64,000 bases of DNA from contig CDMY01000305.1 of the NCBI GenBank assembly GCA_001179505.1, positions 62,001 to 126,000 on the forward strand, in the 5' to 3' direction. The notes beneath the pieces are model-generated. The model had not been told where the DNA came from, ran no database searches, and saw only the letters and a list, made by a program, of their open reading frames with translations. Position 1 is the first letter of the stretch. Each line of letters starts with the position of its first letter. The stretch is from Vitrella brassicaformis CCMP3155. Lineage: Eukaryota > Protista > Chromerida. Position numbers and translations under genes: made by a program. Of this stretch, positions 62,501-64,000 are shown piece after piece.

Positions 62501-64000
62501 TGTGGAAGGCGCGCGCTACCGAGCTGATGGACAGGCTGGAGGACTCGGACCCGAACCAGCCCCTTGGCCGCATGTACATCACCTGGAGGCCCACAGGCCT
62601 CGCCCGAGAAGGTCTGAAGGTCCCGCTACGGCGGCCATACGGTGCCTGGAGAGTCGATCGCAGCAAGTCTGACACGTTTCCCGTCCGCTATACCTCCCCC
62701 TCGTACGTCCCTGACGAGTGGACCATGGCTGGGCTGCGCAGGGCACTGAAGGCCGCTCTCGACGATCGAGCCAAGATGGTGGAGAGGGGTGCATCGTTCG
62801 CCAGGGCGTATCGCAGCAAGCGGGACAACGAGGAGGCTCAGGCTGAGCTGGAGCGGAAGAAGAAGGCAAAAGAGCGAGAGGGCGGTCAGCGGGGCGGGCG
62901 TAGCCCTCCGGATGATAGGGCGGCGGCGGCGTCCTTTGATCCGAAGGAGGCGAAGGAGACTACGAAGGAGACCAAGGGTAGAGGGGGAGGGAGGGGGGAC
63001 AGCAAGCTGCAGCCCATGGCCAAGCTGCAGCCCATGGCCAACAAGCTGCTGGCCGACCTTACACGCACCTATGGAGCGGACAGAAGACAGAATGTCTACT
63101 TCGACGGCCTCAAGAAGAAGGTAGATCAGATCGGTCAATGAAGCTCCACTCCAATTCACACGACACTCACGAGCAAAGCATGTCGGTCTGTGTCTGTGTC
63201 TGTCTGGATGTCTCATGCAGTATCGTGTTGACGTGTGGCGTCACTCCTACCGATCGGCTCCCATCGGCCCCGAGGAGCGCACCTACACTGGCCTCCGTGC
63301 AGCCCTGGCGCAGGCACTCGAGATCCGTGCCCACGCGACCAACCGCTACTCGCCCGAGCGAGAGGACCCCACGGCAGCAGAGGATGAGAACAGGAAGCGG
63401 TCCAAGAACAACATGCGCGTCGCCGACTTCCGCGCCATCCTCTCCCTCTGGCGGCGCGTGGCCGACGTGCTCCTCGACCGACTCGACAACTCCGCCTACA
63501 TCTCCTGGCAGTCTCCCCCCGATAACGATACTGGGTTTGGTGACTACGGCCACTTCCAGGTGAGGATCGCCACCACCGAGCGTGAGCGTGAGCGCGAGCC
63601 CCTGTCGGCTTCCTTCCACCCGGCGAATTGGACAATGACCGGACTTTCGGAGGCTCTGGGGCAGGCTGTCCAGTGGCGCGGCCAGATGCTGAACTACAGG
63701 CGCCTTCAGCTGCCCCCGCCCCCGCCTCCAAGAGCACCAGCCGAAGAGGAGCCACCCGATGACGACGACTACCAGGAGATGGACGAGGAGGATACAGGCA
63801 TGGATGAGGCTGCCCACCATCGCGCTGTCGATCGGGATCGGAAGGGACAGAAGAAGGAGCGGCAGCACCGCCATCGCCAGCGCCAGCGCGACACTGTGAT
63901 TCTCGATGAGGCGGCCGTGTCTGTTGGGCAGCCGTCTGCTGCTGCTGCAGCAGCAGCAGCGGCCGTCAAGCAGTCTTCCGTCGATCGCGAGGAGAGACTC
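58817..64000 (+). CDS. Large low-complexity protein with at least six divergent AP2-like repeats; runs off the right edge of the window
   Basis: Multi-exon. The final exon (63221-64000) is open to the edge and absent from the ORF track. Repeats such as QNVYFDGLKKK|YRVDVWRH...TYTGLRAALAQALEIR and MYITW...GAWRV...SYVPDEWTMAGLRRALKAALDDR. Confidence 0.8.

Larger units (their letters stand above)
1..64000. repeat. Pervasive intronic and intergenic microsatellites (AC/GT, GACA/TGTC, GGAT/ATCC, GA/TC)
   Basis: Directly visible throughout, e.g. (AC)n 5447-5488, (GACA)n 6678-6706, (CCAT)n 4876-4900. Many spurious ORFs in the track contain HTHT, VCVC or TDRQ runs from these. Confidence 0.95.

Overview
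Eukaryotic, GC-rich, intron-dense genomic DNA. The intron style, lineage-specific gene families and AP2-like repeats suggest a chromerid alveolate such as Vitrella; this is inference, not a database result. I reconstructed about 20 protein-coding genes by splicing GT-AG introns by eye, in order: MSH4 (partial), cyclophilin H, SART3/Prp24, a coiled-coil protein, a tandem-CCCH + SH3 protein, a BT1 folate/biopterin transporter, a probable plastid membrane protein, an M13 metallopeptidase, several lineage-specific hypothetical proteins (three with reading-frame breaks), a small probable mitochondrial protein, MnmG/GidA, an F-box-like protein with a PIP box, a coiled-coil + MATH protein, an MFS transporter, a strictosidine-synthase-like hydrolase, a cytochrome P450, and a large protein with six divergent AP2-like repeats (partial). 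I recognised no rRNA, tRNA, CRISPR array or transposase. The most striking patterns are: (1) many introns whose AC-rich 5' half is complementary to a GT-rich 3' half, suggesting structure-assisted splicing; (2) near-strict alternation of gene orientation into nine head-to-head pairs, one joining two U4/U6 snRNP factors; (3) the six-repeat AP2-like protein; (4) frameshifts seen only in lineage-specific family genes. Gene spans include introns, and several start codons are uncertain.
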